From: Haloferax volcanii DS2
GTDB taxonomy: Archaea; Halobacteriota; Halobacteria; Halobacteriales; Haloferacaceae
DNA: 32,000 nucleotides
Direction of reading: 5' to 3'
NCBI RefSeq assembly: GCF_000025685.1
Contig: NC_013967.1
Span: 720,001-752,000, forward strand
Shown here: positions 31,246-32,000 of the stretch, one piece after another
How the letters are laid out: every line of letters starts with the position of its first letter
How positions within the stretch are numbered: position 1 is the first letter of the stretch
The notes under the pieces: generated by a model
Database searches by the model: none
What the model was told of the DNA's origin: nothing
What the model saw: the letters and a program-made list of their open reading frames with translations, nothing else
Translations under genes and position numbers: made by a program

Positions 31246-32000
31246 ATGAAGCTCCGACGAGCCATCGGACTGGCCGCCGCCGGCGTCGGCCTCACCGCCG
31301 CGGCCAACGCGGCCCTCTCGAAGCGCGTTGAACCCCTCGAACCGCCGCTGTCCGGGTCGCACGGGACGTATCGCTGGCGCGGCATGGACGTGTCGTACGT
31401 CGAGGCCGGGAGCGAAGACGACCCGACGCTCGTCTGCCTCCACGGTATCAACGCCGCGGGGTCGTCCGGCGAGTTCCGCGAGGTGTTTTCGACGCTCGCC
31501 GAGGACTACCACGTCGTCGCGCCCGACCTCCCCGGGTTCGGCCTGTCGGACCGCCCGGCGCTGTACTACTCGCCCGCGCTCTACGAGGACTTCGCCGGCG
31601 ACTTCCTCGCGGAGTACGACGACCCCGCGGTGCTCGCCTCGTCGCTCACCGCGGCCTATGCCGTCGCCGCCGCGGAGCGGGACGACGTGTCCGTCTCGCG
31701 GTTCGTCCTCGTCTGTCCCACGTCGCGCGGCGGCCCCGACCCGAAGGAGTGGCTCCGCGAACTCGTCCGCGCGCCGGTCGTCGGCGAGGCGCTGTTCAAC
31801 GTCGTCGCCTCCCGGCCGTCGATTCGCTACTTCAACGCCGATCACGGCTACTACGACCCCGAGAAAGCCGGCGAGGAGTGGCAGGAGTACGAGTGGCGCA
31901 CGGCTCATCAGGAGGGCGCGCGCTTCGCGCCGGCGTCGTTCATCTCCGGCTACCTCAACACCGACATCGACCTCGGCGGGGCGCTGGCGGCGCTCGACGT
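31246..32000 (+). CDS. Alpha/beta-hydrolase fold protein, partial (3' end beyond the right window edge)
   Basis: I translated from the ATG at 31246: MKLRRAIGLAAAGVGLTAAANAALSKRVEPLEPPLSGSHGTYRWRGMDVSYVEAGSEDDPTLVCLHGINAAGSSGEFREVFSTLAEDYHVVAPDLPGFGLSDRP...VLASSLTAAYAVAAA.... TATA-like GCGAATTAAGG lies about 27 nt upstream. The ORF is open to the end of the window. Confidence 0.78.
   Translation, partial: MKLRRAIGLAAAGVGLTAAANAALSKRVEPLEPPLSGSHGTYRWRGMDVSYVEAGSEDDPTLVCLHGINAAGSSGEFREVFSTLAEDYHVVAPDLPGFGLSDRPALYYSPALYEDFAGDFLAEYDDPAVLASSLTAAYAVAAAERDDVSVSRFVLVCPTSRGGPDPKEWLRELVRAPVVGEALFNVVASRPSIRYFNADHGYYDPEKAGEEWQEYEWRTAHQEGARFAPASFISGYLNTDIDLGGALAALD

Noticed and set aside
1-32000. Search by eye for CRISPR arrays, tRNA/rRNA genes, transposases, integrases and IS inverted repeats
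   Set aside because: I found no regularly spaced 25-40-nt repeats, no T-loop/acceptor-stem patterns in any intergenic gap, and no transposase- or integrase-like ORFs. This is a negative result by inspection only. tRNAscan-SE, Infernal and ISfinder would be decisive.

Overview
High-GC haloarchaeal chromosomal segment. The evidence is strongly acidic predicted proteins, Tat-type signal peptides, and TATA-like boxes about 25-30 nt upstream of many start codons, as expected for leaderless mRNAs. The gene order pykA - metG - mfnA - ppsA ... egsA - halocyanin - M42 peptidase - S9 peptidase - B12 mutase subunit/MeaB looks to me like a Haloferax-type core chromosome, but that is recollection and was not checked. 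I support about 31 protein-coding genes, two of them cut by the window edges. I could not recognise any rRNA, tRNA, CRISPR array, transposase or integrase. All calls come from reading the supplied translations, or my own translation at the edges, against remembered family motifs; no searches were run. The very long ORFs antisense to real genes are high-GC shadow ORFs. The window looks mostly housekeeping, and I see no compelling self-contained novel system. The items most worth a second look are: (1) a membrane-spanning protein fusing an Mrr-like nuclease-fold domain to an external DUF4352-like domain, located beside an NfeD-SPFH pair and downstream of an odd 0.42-kb GC-rich spacer; (2) the same palindrome ACTCG-N4-CGAGT (TACT-N7-GAGT, TrmB-like) in front of both pyruvate kinase and PEP synthase; (3) a threonine-synthase-like protein lacking the PLP lysine; (4) a pyruvate kinase C-terminal swivel-like domain in which the phospho-histidine is replaced by Tyr; (5) a tightly linked MTH865-like and GIY-YIG-like gene pair; (6) a 270-bp gene-free gap with an orphan minus-strand hairpin plus T-runs and paired palindromes.
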